Of a stretch of DNA of 33,447 bases, positions 23,787 to 33,078 are shown piece by piece. Source of the stretch: a virus (taxonomy: Duplodnaviria; Heunggongvirae; Uroviricota; Caudoviricetes); IMG/VR virus record IMGVR_UViG_2734482556_000012; one strand, 5' to 3'. The notes beneath the pieces are model-generated. The model had not been told where the DNA came from. It saw nothing but the letters and a program-made list of their open reading frames with translations, and did no database searches. The number at the start of each line of letters is the position of its first letter. The stretch's first letter is position 1. Position numbers and translations under genes: made by a program.

Positions 23787-25791
23787 CCGCAGTACACCGA
23801 CGACCAGTCCGAAGAATAATTCCTGGTTCAGGATGCAGGCTGGTCACCAGAGTGACGCGGATATTTATATTTATGACGAGATTGGTTTCTGGGGTGTTAC
23901 AGCGAAGCAGTTTATCAGTGATCTGAATGCACTGGGCGATATCACCCACATTAATCTCCATATCAATTCACCGGGTGGCGATGTCTTTGAAGGCATCGCC
24001 ATTTTTAATGCGCTGAAAACACATGGTGCGTCCATTACCGTTTATGTCGACGGTGTGGCGGCATCAATGGCGTCGGTCATTGCGATGGTGGGAAGCCCGG
24101 TCATTATGCCGGAAAACACCTTCATGATGATTCATAAACCATTTGGCTTTACGGGCGGTGATGCGGAGGACATGCGCACCTATGCCGACCTGCTCGATAA
24201 AGTTGAGGCGGTTCTGTTACCCGCTTATGCACAGAAAACCGGGAAAACCACCGATGAAATTGCTGCCATGCTGGCGGATGAGACCTGGATGTCCGGTGCC
24301 GAATGTCTGGCACAGGGATTTGCTGATCAGGTGACGCCAGCCGTTAAGGCAATGGCATGTATTCAGTCAAAACGTACAGAGGAATTTAAAAAGATGCCGG
24401 AATCCATTCGAAACATGATTACTCCGCCACGCAACAGTGCTCCACGCGTACAGGATAATGAACCTGCAGCTTCCCGGACGCCAGTGCAGGCAGCAGCACC
24501 CGTGGTGGATGAAAACAGTATCCGTGCGCAGGTACTGGCAGAGCAAAAAGCGCGTGTAAACGGTATTAATGATCTGTTTGCCATGTTTGGCGGGCGTTAT
24601 CAGACGCTGCAGGCTCAGTGTCTTGCCGATCCTGAATGTTCGCTGGAGCAGGCCCGCGAAAAGCTGTTGAACGAGATGGGGCGCGAGTCCACGCCATCCA
24701 ATAAAAATACCCCGGCTCATATTTATGCCGGTAACGGTAATTTTGTGGGGGACGGGATCCGCCAGGCGCTGATGGCGCGTGCCGGATTTGAAAAAACCGA
24801 ACGTGATAATGTCTACAACGGGATGACCCTGCGTGAATATGCCCGTATGTCACTGACTGAACGGGGTATTGGGGTTTCCAGTTATAACCCGATGCAGATG
24901 GTCGGTGCGGCGTTCACACACAGTACGTCTGACTTCGGTAATATTCTGCTGGATGTTGCGAACAAAGCCATTCTGCAGGGCTGGGAAGATGCCCCTGAAA
25001 CCTATGAACAGTGGACGCGGAAAGGTCAGTTGTCTGATTTTAAAATTGCCCATCGTGTGGGTATGGGGGGCTTCAGTGCTCTGCGTCAGGTGCGTGAAGG
25101 GGCGGAATATAAATACGTCACCACCGGAGATAAACAGGCCACTATTGCACTGGCGACCTATGGCGAGCTGTTCAGTATCACCCGTCAGGCCATTATCAAT
25201 GATGATCTGAATATGCTGACCGATGTCCCGATGAAACTGGGCCGTGCGGCGAAATCCACCATTGCCGATCTGGTTTATGCCATTCTGACGTCTAACCCGA
25301 AAATCTCCACAGATAATGTAAGTCTGTTCGATAAAGCGAAACATGCAAACGTACTGGAGAGCGCTGCAATGGACGTGGCATCGCTGGATAAAGCCCGCCA
25401 GTTGATGCGCGTTCAGAAAGAGGGTGAGCGTCATCTGAATATTCGTCCTGCGTTCGTACTGGTACCGACGGCGATGGAGTCTGTTGCTAACCAGGTCATT
25501 CGCTCCTCAAGTGTCAAGGGGGCTGACATTAACGCCGGTATTATTAACCCGGTGAAAGATTTTGCGACCGTTATTGCAGAGCCTCGTCTTGATGATAACA
25601 GCCAGACCACCTTCTACCTGGCTGCGTCCAAAGGCTCCGATACGATTGAAGTGGCTTATCTCAACGGTGTGGATACGCCATATATTGATCAGATGGAGGG
25701 CTTCAGTGTGGATGGCGTGACAACGAAAGTGCGTATTGACGCCGGTGTCGCGCCAGTTGATCACCGCGGTCTGGTGAAATGTACGGCGTAA
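23764..25791 (+). CDS. fused prohead protease (ClpP/S14-like), scaffold and major capsid protein
   Basis: GTG 23764 with AGGAGG 5 nt upstream; N-terminal NSPGGDVFEG...VDGVAASMASVI...MIHKP ClpP-like block, central coiled-coil, large C-terminal capsid-like domain. Confidence 0.7.
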   Translation: MPQRNDSSRSTPTTSPKNNSWFRMQAGHQSDADIYIYDEIGFWGVTAKQFISDLNALGDITHINLHINSPGGDVFEGIAIFNALKTHGASITVYVDGVAASMASVIAMVGSPVIMPENTFMMIHKPFGFTGGDAEDMRTYADLLDKVEAVLLPAYAQKTGKTTDEIAAMLADETWMSGAECLAQGFADQVTPAVKAMACIQSKRTEEFKKMPESIRNMITPPRNSAPRVQDNEPAASRTPVQAAAPVVDENSIRAQVLAEQKARVNGINDLFAMFGGRYQTLQAQCLADPECSLEQAREKLLNEMGRESTPSNKNTPAHIYAGNGNFVGDGIRQALMARAGFEKTERDNVYNGMTLREYARMSLTERGIGVSSYNPMQMVGAAFTHSTSDFGNILLDVANKAILQGWEDAPETYEQWTRKGQLSDFKIAHRVGMGGFSALRQVREGAEYKYVTTGDKQATIALATYGELFSITRQAIINDDLNMLTDVPMKLGRAAKSTIADLVYAILTSNPKISTDNVSLFDKAKHANVLESAAMDVASLDKARQLMRVQKEGERHLNIRPAFVLVPTAMESVANQVIRSSSVKGADINAGIINPVKDFATVIAEPRLDDNSQTTFYLAASKGSDTIEVAYLNGVDTPYIDQMEGFSVDGVTTKVRIDAGVAPVDHRGLVKCTA

Positions 25792-25877
25792 ACGTCGCAG
25801 ACAACAACTCTGATGGCCCGTAAGGGCTTTTTTTGTACCTGAAATCAGCCCCTGAACGGGGCTGTGCGGAGACAGTT

Positions 25878-26201
25878 ATGGCAAAGAATTTTGTAGAAGA
25901 AGGAAAAACGGTGGCGATTGTTGCCAGTGCAGCCATCAGCAGCGGAGATCTGGTGCAGGTGGGTGATGTTTTTGCGGTAGCGCTGACCGATATTCCACAG
26001 GGTGAAACAGGCGACGGCCTGACCGAAGGTGTGTTTATGCTGCCTAAGCTGAAAACGGATGACATGAAAACGGGTAAGAAGGTTTATCTGAAGTCCGGAA
26101 AAGTTCAGTTGACTAACAGCGGCTCTGATCCGCTGGTCGGGGTTGTCTGGGCAGATGCCGGAACCAGTGCAGAAGAAGTGCCGGTAAAACTCAATGTCTG
26201 A
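25878..26201 (+). CDS. small head protein (DUF2190-like; possible decoration protein)
   Basis: 107-aa Gly/Val-rich beta-type protein directly after the capsid gene. Confidence 0.4.
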   Translation: MAKNFVEEGKTVAIVASAAISSGDLVQVGDVFAVALTDIPQGETGDGLTEGVFMLPKLKTDDMKTGKKVYLKSGKVQLTNSGSDPLVGVVWADAGTSAEEVPVKLNV

Positions 26202-26469
26202 TCCCTTTTCCCGGCTGGCAGCGCGTATGGATGCGACCACGGTCAGAAAGATGGGAAAGACAGCCTCGATTAATGATGTCGATATGACTGTGATCCCGGG
26301 AGAAACACTGGCAGAGCTGAATGCTCTGTCCGGACCTGCGGTCTCTCTGGTGGTGTTTTCTTCGGGATACCGCCCACGGCGCGGGGATCGCGTTGTTTAT
26401 GACGGACAACAATGGACGGTCACACGGCATGAACGCTTTAACGGTAAGCCAATGATCTTTATTGAGTAA
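26194..26469 (+). CDS. head-tail joining protein, FII-like
   Basis: MSDPFSRLAARMDATTVRKMG...RRGDRVVYDGQQWTV resembles lambda FII (MADFDNLFDAAIARADETIRGYMG...RRGD...W.V). Confidence 0.5.
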   Translation: MSDPFSRLAARMDATTVRKMGKTASINDVDMTVIPGETLAELNALSGPAVSLVVFSSGYRPRRGDRVVYDGQQWTVTRHERFNGKPMIFIE

Positions 26470-26480
26470 AGAGGTGTGGG

Positions 26481-27071
26481 ATGAAGGGGCTTGAGAATGC
26501 TATCCGCAATCTGAACAGCCTTGATACCCGTATGGTGCCACAGGCCAGCGCATGGGCGATAAACCGTGTGGCACAGAAAGCGGTCTCGGTTGCCACCCGG
26601 CAGGTTGCCGGGAATACCGTTGCGGGAGATAACCAGGTGAAAGGGATCCCCCTGAAACTGGTACGTCAGCGTGTCCGGGTGTTTAAAGCCAGTCCGTCAG
26701 GAAAAATGACGGCCAGGATCCGCGTTAACCGGGGCAATCTGCCCGCCATCAAACTGAACACAACACGGCGGCGTGCTGGTGAAGGATTGAGAGTGGGAAA
26801 ATACTTTTTCCGGGGGGCATTTATTCAGCAACTGGCGAATGGCCGCTGGCATGTTCTGAGGCGTCTTCCTGAAGCGCGTTTTGCAACAGGGCATGACCAT
26901 CAGGGCAGGCCAAGAAAAAATCGTCTTCCTGTGGAGGTAGTGAAAGTCCCGCTGTCCGGACCGCTGACACAGGCATTTGAAGATGCCCGCGACCGCATTA
27001 TTGCTGCGGAAATGCCGAAACAGCTGGGGTATGCACTGAAACAACAACTGAGGTTATGGCTGACCCGATGA
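26481..27071 (+). CDS. Z: tail completion protein Z-like
   Basis: 196 aa beginning MKGLENAIRNLNSLD with NLPAIKL...GAFIQQLANGRWHV...LGYALKQQLR; position before U. Confidence 0.6.
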   Translation: MKGLENAIRNLNSLDTRMVPQASAWAINRVAQKAVSVATRQVAGNTVAGDNQVKGIPLKLVRQRVRVFKASPSGKMTARIRVNRGNLPAIKLNTTRRRAGEGLRVGKYFFRGAFIQQLANGRWHVLRRLPEARFATGHDHQGRPRKNRLPVEVVKVPLSGPLTQAFEDARDRIIAAEMPKQLGYALKQQLRLWLTR

Positions 27072-27469
27072 ACCGACATACACAAATCCGCCAGGCCGTA
27101 CTGGCACGCCTTCGGGAACAGTGTGGAGACAGCGCCACGTTTTTTGACGGGCTTCCGGCATTTATTGATGCGCAGGAACTGCCTGCCGTGGCGGTGTGGC
27201 TGAGTGATGCTCAGTACACCGGAAAAATGACGGATGAAGATGACTGGCAGGCTGTTCTGCATATTGCTGTCTTCATCCGGGCACAGGCACCGGATTCAGA
27301 GCTGGATATGTGGATGGAGAGCACCATTTTCCCGGCCCTGAATGATATACCGGCACTTTCCGGACTCATCGACACCCTGATCCCTCTCGGTTTTAACTAT
27401 CAACGTGATAATGAGATGGCCACCTGGGCGATGGCGGAAATCACGTACCAGATCACGTACACGAATTAA
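27068..27469 (+). CDS. U: tail terminator protein U
   Basis: Aligns by eye with lambda U (ATFFDG.PA..D...PAVAV.L..A.YTG...D.D.WQA.LHI.VF..AQ.PDSELD.WMES). Confidence 0.8.
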   Translation: MNRHTQIRQAVLARLREQCGDSATFFDGLPAFIDAQELPAVAVWLSDAQYTGKMTDEDDWQAVLHIAVFIRAQAPDSELDMWMESTIFPALNDIPALSGLIDTLIPLGFNYQRDNEMATWAMAEITYQITYTN

Positions 27470-27480
27470 AGGAGGTGGCA

Positions 27481-28224
27481 ATGACCACACCAAATCCACT
27501 GGCAAAAACGAAAGGTGCGGGAACGACGTTCTGGATGTACACCGGCAAGGGCGATGCGTTTGCGAACCCTTTATCGGACACTGACTGGCTGCGTCTTGCG
27601 ATGGTGAAGGATCTGCAACCTGGCGAAATGACCGCTGATGCAGAAGATGACACTTATCTCGATGATGAAGATGCAGACTGGAAAACGACAACCCAGGGGC
27701 AGAAATCCGTCGGTGATACTTCGGCGACGCTGGCCTGGCGTCCGGGTGACAGCGGGCAGAAAAAACTGGTTCAGTTGTTCGACTCCGGTGAAGTCTGCGC
27801 GTTTCGTATCAAATATCCCAACGGTACTGTTGATGTTTTCCGTGGCTGGCTGAGTTCACTGGGTAAAACCATTGCCTCAAAAGACGTGATGACCCGCACA
27901 GTGAAAATCAGCGGTGTGGGGCGTCCGTATCTGGCAGAAGAAGGCACTGAAACCGTGGGCGTTACCGGGCTGACGGTGGCACCGGCATCTGCCAGTGTAA
28001 AAGTGGGAGCAACCACCACGCTGACCTTTACAGTAAAACCTGACGGAGCCAGTGACAAAGCGATCAGTGTGCATTCGACAGATCCACAGACTGCCACGGT
28101 GACCCTGAACGGGCTTGTGGCCACGGTGAAAGGCGTGAAGCAGGGCAGTGTCAGCATTGTGGGCATGACTTCTGACGGCGATTTTGTGGCAGTGGCTACG
28201 GTGGCCGTCAGCGCCGCAGGTTAA
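27481..28224 (+). CDS. V: major tail protein V with C-terminal Ig-like domain
   Basis: Aligns along its length with lambda V (KGAGTT.W.Y.G.GD..ANPLSD.DW.RLA.VKDL.PGE.TA...DD.YLDDEDADW); AGGAGG RBS. Confidence 0.85.
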   Translation: MTTPNPLAKTKGAGTTFWMYTGKGDAFANPLSDTDWLRLAMVKDLQPGEMTADAEDDTYLDDEDADWKTTTQGQKSVGDTSATLAWRPGDSGQKKLVQLFDSGEVCAFRIKYPNGTVDVFRGWLSSLGKTIASKDVMTRTVKISGVGRPYLAEEGTETVGVTGLTVAPASASVKVGATTTLTFTVKPDGASDKAISVHSTDPQTATVTLNGLVATVKGVKQGSVSIVGMTSDGDFVAVATVAVSAAG

Positions 28225-28244
28225 CAGGACGATACTCATCATTT

Positions 28245-28268
28245 GCCCCGATTATCCGGGGCTTTTTT
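28245..28268 (+). terminator. intrinsic terminator/attenuator between V and G
   Basis: GCCCCG-ATTAT-CGGGGC hairpin followed by TTTTTT. Confidence 0.5.
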
Positions 28269-28284
28269 GCAGGTGGAGAACATG

Positions 28285-28671
28285 ATGTTTCTGAAACAGG
28301 GCACGTTTAATTATGAAAAGCAGTCCGTGGTGCTCAGTGAGCTGTCCGGGCTGCAGAGAATTGAATATCTGGCGTTTGTTCAGCAGCGAACGGCAAAGTT
28401 TGATGCCGAAGAGGGAGAACTGCCGGAGGCTGAACGACAGATTGCTTTTCTGCGGATGGGGATGGATATCAATGCCTGGCTGGTTTCCCGCTCACTGTGG
28501 AATGCGGAACAGTCTCAGGATGTTGAGACGCTTTGCGCATCCGTTATTACAACATGGTCGTATGATGCCCTGGGAGCGGGGGCGGAGATGGTTCTGTCGC
28601 TGAGCGGTATGGGAGCCATTGAGAATGCCGGGGATTTGGAGCATGAGGTGCTGACGCCGGAAAAGTCCTGA
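28285..28671 (+). CDS. G: tail assembly chaperone G
   Basis: MFLKQ...VVLSELSGLQRIEYLAF matches the lambda G N-terminus (MFLKTESFEHNGVTVTLSELSALQRIEHLAL); GGTGGAG RBS. Confidence 0.8.
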   Translation: MFLKQGTFNYEKQSVVLSELSGLQRIEYLAFVQQRTAKFDAEEGELPEAERQIAFLRMGMDINAWLVSRSLWNAEQSQDVETLCASVITTWSYDALGAGAEMVLSLSGMGAIENAGDLEHEVLTPEKS

Positions 28672-29009
28672 CGCGGGAAATGCAGTTTGTCATGCGGCTT
28701 GCCCGGGAGTTCCGGCGGGCAGACTGGCGGCGGATGCTGTCGGAAATGTCGGCCACTGAGCTTGGTGAGTGGGGCGATTATTTCCGGATGCAGAGCTTCA
28801 GTGATGTGTGGATGGATGCGCAGTTTGCCTCGCTGAAGGCATTGATCGTGAGAATGGTGTCCGGCAGCAGTGATGCTGCGGTGGCTGATTTCAGCCTTTT
28901 ACCGGAAGAGAACGGGATACCGGAGCGAACGGACGAAGAACTGATGCATCTTGGGGAAGGTATTTCCGGAGGTGTGCGTTATGGACCAGATAGCCAACCT
29001 GGTCATTGA
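28285..29009 (+). CDS. T: G-T fusion made by a -1 programmed ribosomal frameshift near 28659-28665
   Basis: The -1 frame opens after TGA 28644-28646, 22 nt before the G stop, and encodes a lambda-T-like sequence (DWRRMLSEMSATE...GGVRYGPD); candidate slippery heptamer GGAAAAG. Confidence 0.6.
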
Positions 29010-32000
29010 TTTGGGGATTGATGCGGCAGAGTTTAAAAATGAAATTCCCCGTATCAAAAACCTTCTGAATGGTGCAGCCAGCGATGCAGAACGGTCTTCT
29101 GCCCGTATGCAGCGTTTTATGGAGCGTCAGACTCAGGCCGCCCGGCAGACAATGCAGGCGGCTTCTTCGGCTGCAACAGCCGCATCCGTCCATGCGCAGA
29201 CGGTGGAGAAGAGCGCACAGGCTCATGAACGCATGGCCCGCGAGGTGGAGCAAACCCGCCAGCGTATGGAGGCACTGAGCCAGAAAATGCGCGAGGAACA
29301 GGCACAGGCCATGGCTCTGGCGGAGGCTCAGGATAAAGCGGCTGCCGCGTTTTATCGTCAGATTGACAGTGTGAAACAGGCCAGTGCGGGGTTGCAGGAA
29401 TTACAGCGTATTCAGCAGCAGATCCGACAGGCCAGAAACAGTGGCGGGATTGGTCAGCAGGATTATCTGGCGCTGATTTCTGAGGTTACGGCGAAAACCC
29501 GTGTTCTTACGCAGGCTGAGGCAGAGGCTACCCGACAGAAAGTGGCGTTTATCCGTCAGCTTAAAGAGCAGGCAACCCGCCAGAATCTTTCTTCTTCTGA
29601 GTTGCTTCGTGCCAGGGCTGCCCAGCTGGGGGTAAGCAGTGCTGCAGAAGTGTATATCCGCAAAATGGAGCGGGCAGGAAAAGCCACGCATTCGCTGGGT
29701 CTGAAAAGTGCAGCGGCCCGCCAGGAGATAGGCGTTCTGATAGGTGAACTGGCCCGCGGCAATTTAGGGGCGCTGAGGGGATCCGGGATAACGCTGGCTA
29801 ACCGTGCCGGATGGATAGACACACTGATGTCACCGAAAGGCATGATGCTGGGCGGGGTTATTGGCGGTATTACCGCGGCCGTCTATGGTCTGGGTAAAGC
29901 CTGGTATGACGGTCAGAAGGAGGGGGAAGAATTTAACCGCCAGCTGTCGCTGACGGGGCATTATGCCGGAGTCACTGCTGGGCAGCTGTGGACGCTCAGT
30001 CGTGCTATTTCCGGGAATGGTATCACGCAACATGCTGCAGCCGGTGCGCTGGCTCAGGTGGTGGGGAGTGGTGCATTTCGTGGAAACGATATCGGTATGG
30101 TGGCGAGAGCTGCCGCACAGATGGAGCGATCGGTTGGCCAGTCGATCAGCGATACCATAAATCAGTTTAAGCGGCTGAAGGATGATCCTGTAAACGCCGC
30201 GAAGGCTCTGGACAATGAGCTGCATTTTCTTACTGCCACTCAGCTTGAGCAGATACGCATCCTTGGAGAGCAGGGGCGGTCCAGTGATGCGGCACGGATA
30301 GCCATGTCTGCACTGGCAGAGGAAACCGGTCGGCGTACTGCGGATATTGATAATAACCTCAATGCGCTGGGTAGTACGCTGCAAACCTTGTCTGACTGGT
30401 GGAAGCAGTTCTGGGATGCGGCCATGAATATTGGTCGTGAAGATTCGCTGGATGCGCAGATTGCCACTTTGCAGGAGAAAGTATCGCGGGCGAAAAGACT
30501 CCCCTGGACGGCATCATCTTCTCAGGTTGAATACGATCAGCAGCGTCTTAACGAGCTTCAGGAGAAAAAACGCCAGAAGGATTTGCAGGATGCAAAAGAG
30601 CAGGCAGAGCGGAATTATCAGGAGCAACAGAAACGACGTAATGCTGAAAATGCTGCACTGAACCGGATGAATGAAACGGAAGCAGCACGACATCAGCGTG
30701 AAATTGCGCGTATTAATGCCATGCAGTACGCCGACCAGGCTGTCAGGGATGCGGCGATACAACGTGAAAATGAACGTTACGAGAAAGCCCTGGCATCCGG
30801 TAAGAAAAAAACACGCGAAACCCGTAATGATGAGGCCACCCGGTTATTGCTGCAGTACAGTCAGCAACAGGCACAGGTGGAAGGACAGATTGCTGCTGCA
30901 AGACAGTCAGCAGGCATTGCCACTGACAGGATGACAGAAGCGCATAAACAGCTTCTGGCTCTGCAGCAGCGCATCAGCGACCTGGACGGGAAAAAACTGA
31001 CGGCAGATGAAAAGAGTGTGCTGGCCCGTAAAGATGAACTGATTCAGGCACTGACGCTGCTGGATGTAAAACAGCAGGAGCTTCAGAAACAGACGGCACT
31101 CAACGATCTGAAGAAAAAAACAATTCAGCTGACCAGTCAACTGGCTGAAGAAGAGCGCGCTCAGCGTCAGCAACATGACCTGGATATCGCCACGGTGGGT
31201 ATGGGTGATCAGCAGCGGCAGCGATATCAGGTACAACTGAGCCTTCGCCAGAAATACCAGCAACAGCTGGAGCAGTTGAGGCGGGATAGTGAGCAGAAAG
31301 GGACATATAACACGGATGACTACAGAAAGGCCGAGCAGGCGCTGACGGAGAGCCTGAACAGGCAACTGAATGAGAATCGCCGTTACTGGCAACAGCTTGA
31401 AATTGCTCAGGGTAACTGGAAAAACGGTGCCATGCGGGCGTTTCAGAATTTCACGGCAGATGCGGATAATGCGGCAGGCACTGCGGAGCAGATGCTTACA
31501 GCGGCATTTAATAGTGCAGGTAATGCACTGGCTACATTCTGTACCACCGGAAAACTGAACTTCAAATCTTTTACCGCCTCGCTCCTTTCTGATCTGGCAA
31601 AAATCATGGCTCAGATGTCCATGATGCAGGCAGTTAAGGGGATTGGTTCGGCGTTTGGCTGGGGGAGTGCAGCAACTGCCAGTGTGACGCCCAATGCTGA
31701 TGGTGGTGTTTATCAGTCTGCTGATTTGAGTCGCTACAGTGGCACGGTGGTTAACCGTCCGACGTTTTTTGCTTTTGCAAAAGGTGCAGGTGTGATGGGG
31801 GAAGCTGGGCCTGAAGCCATTCTGCCTCTGCGTCGTGGTGCTGACGGTAAGCTGGGGGTTGTGGCGGATATTGGTGGTTCAGGTATGGCGATGTTTGCCC
31901 CGCAGTACAACATCGAGATCAATAACGATGGCACGAACGGGCAGATAGGTCCGGCTGCCCTGAAGGTGGTTTATGACCTCGGGAAAAAAGCAGCAGCGGA

Positions 32001-32055
32001 CTTTATGCAACAGCAGTCCCGTGATGGTGGTCTGTTCTCCGGAGGTGGACGATGA
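28981..32055 (+). CDS. H: tail tape measure protein H
   Basis: 1024-aa coiled-coil-rich ORF with lambda H-like C-terminus; start overlaps the T frame. Confidence 0.85.
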   Translation: MDQIANLVIDLGIDAAEFKNEIPRIKNLLNGAASDAERSSARMQRFMERQTQAARQTMQAASSAATAASVHAQTVEKSAQAHERMAREVEQTRQRMEALSQKMREEQAQAMALAEAQDKAAAAFYRQIDSVKQASAGLQELQRIQQQIRQARNSGGIGQQDYLALISEVTAKTRVLTQAEAEATRQKVAFIRQLKEQATRQNLSSSELLRARAAQLGVSSAAEVYIRKMERAGKATHSLGLKSAAARQEIGVLIGELARGNLGALRGSGITLANRAGWIDTLMSPKGMMLGGVIGGITAAVYGLGKAWYDGQKEGEEFNRQLSLTGHYAGVTAGQLWTLSRAISGNGITQHAAAGALAQVVGSGAFRGNDIGMVARAAAQMERSVGQSISDTINQFKRLKDDPVNAAKALDNELHFLTATQLEQIRILGEQGRSSDAARIAMSALAEETGRRTADIDNNLNALGSTLQTLSDWWKQFWDAAMNIGREDSLDAQIATLQEKVSRAKRLPWTASSSQVEYDQQRLNELQEKKRQKDLQDAKEQAERNYQEQQKRRNAENAALNRMNETEAARHQREIARINAMQYADQAVRDAAIQRENERYEKALASGKKKTRETRNDEATRLLLQYSQQQAQVEGQIAAARQSAGIATDRMTEAHKQLLALQQRISDLDGKKLTADEKSVLARKDELIQALTLLDVKQQELQKQTALNDLKKKTIQLTSQLAEEERAQRQQHDLDIATVGMGDQQRQRYQVQLSLRQKYQQQLEQLRRDSEQKGTYNTDDYRKAEQALTESLNRQLNENRRYWQQLEIAQGNWKNGAMRAFQNFTADADNAAGTAEQMLTAAFNSAGNALATFCTTGKLNFKSFTASLLSDLAKIMAQMSMMQAVKGIGSAFGWGSAATASVTPNADGGVYQSADLSRYSGTVVNRPTFFAFAKGAGVMGEAGPEAILPLRRGADGKLGVVADIGGSGMAMFAPQYNIEINNDGTNGQIGPAALKVVYDLGKKAAADFMQQQSRDGGLFSGGGR

Positions 32056-32381
32056 AAACCTTCCGCTGGAAAGTGAAACCCGGTATGGATGTGGCTTCGG
32101 CCCCTTCCGTAATAAAGGTGCGCTTTGGTGATGGCTATTCTCAGCGTGCGCCTGCCGGGCTGAACGCTGACCTGAAAACGTACAGCGTGACGCTTTCTGT
32201 TCCCCGCGAGGAGGCCACGGCACTGGAATCGTTTCTGGCTGAGCACGGGGGCTGGAAGGCCTTTCTGTGGACGCCGCCTTATGGCTACCGGCAGATAAAG
32301 GTGACCTGCGCAAAATGGTCGTCGCGGGTCAGTATGTTGCGTGTTGAGTTCAGCGCAGAGTTTGAACAGGTGGTGAACTGA
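32052..32381 (+). CDS. M: minor tail protein M
   Basis: 109 aa, nearly identical by eye to lambda M (MKTFRWKVKPGMDVAS.PSV.KVRFGDGYSQRAPAGLNA.LKTYSVTLSVPREEAT). Confidence 0.9.
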   Translation: MKTFRWKVKPGMDVASAPSVIKVRFGDGYSQRAPAGLNADLKTYSVTLSVPREEATALESFLAEHGGWKAFLWTPPYGYRQIKVTCAKWSSRVSMLRVEFSAEFEQVVN

Positions 32382-33074
32382 TGCAGAATATCCGACAGGA
32401 AACACTGAATGAATGCACCCGTGCGGAGCAGTCTGCCAGCGTGGTGCTCTGGGAAATCGATCTGACAGAGGTCGGCGGAGATCGTTATTTCTTCTGTAAT
32501 GAGCAGAACGAAAAAGGTGAACCAGTCACCTGGCAGGGGCGGCANNNNNNNNNNNNNNNNNNNNNNNNNNNNNNNNNNNNNNNNNNNNNNNNNNNNNNNN
32601 NNNNNNNNNNNNNNNNNNNNNNNNNNNNNNNNNNNNNNNNNNNNNNNNNNNNNNNNNNNNNNNNNNNNNNNNNNNNNNNNNNNNNNNNNNNNNNNNNNNN
32701 NNNNNNNNNNNNNNNNNNNNNNNNNNNNNNNNNNNNNNNNNNNNNNNNNNNNNNNNNNNNNNNNNNNNNNNNNNNNNNNNNNNNNNNNNNNNNNCAGCGA
32801 ACTGAGCGCGGTGAGCGCCTCTTTTGTACTGTCCACGCCGACGGAAACGGATGGCGCTGTTTTTCCGGGGCGCATCATGCTGGCCAACACCTGTACCTGG
32901 ACCTATCGCGGTGATGAGTGCGGTTATAGCGGTCCGGCTGTCGCGGATGAATATGACCAGCCGACGTCCGATATCACGAAAGATAAATGCAGTAAATGCC
33001 TGAGTGGCTGTAAGTTTCGCAATAATGTCGGCAACTTTGGCGGCTTCCTTTCCATTAACAAACTTTCGCAGTAA
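32381..33074 (+). CDS. L: minor tail protein L, interrupted by a 250-N assembly gap
   Basis: N-terminus (MQNIRQETLNECTRAEQSASVVLWEIDLTEVGG) and C-terminus (...KCSKCLSGCKFRNNVGNFGGFLSINKLSQ) match lambda L either side of the gap; span not a multiple of 3, so the gap size is nominal. Confidence 0.8.
32545..32794. other. assembly gap (250 N)
   Basis: Uninterrupted N run; technical, not biological. Confidence 0.98.
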
Positions 33075-33078
33075 TCCC

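Noticed and set aside
24367-25434. Minus-strand ORFs inside the protease-capsid gene (24367-24720, 24850-25434)
   Set aside because: Antisense to a well-supported structural gene; no independent signals.
29830-32405. Several 140-180-aa minus-strand ORFs inside the tape-measure gene (e.g. 29830-30384, 30907-31392, 31971-32405)
   Set aside because: Antisense shadows within a well-supported lambda H-like gene; low-complexity translations.
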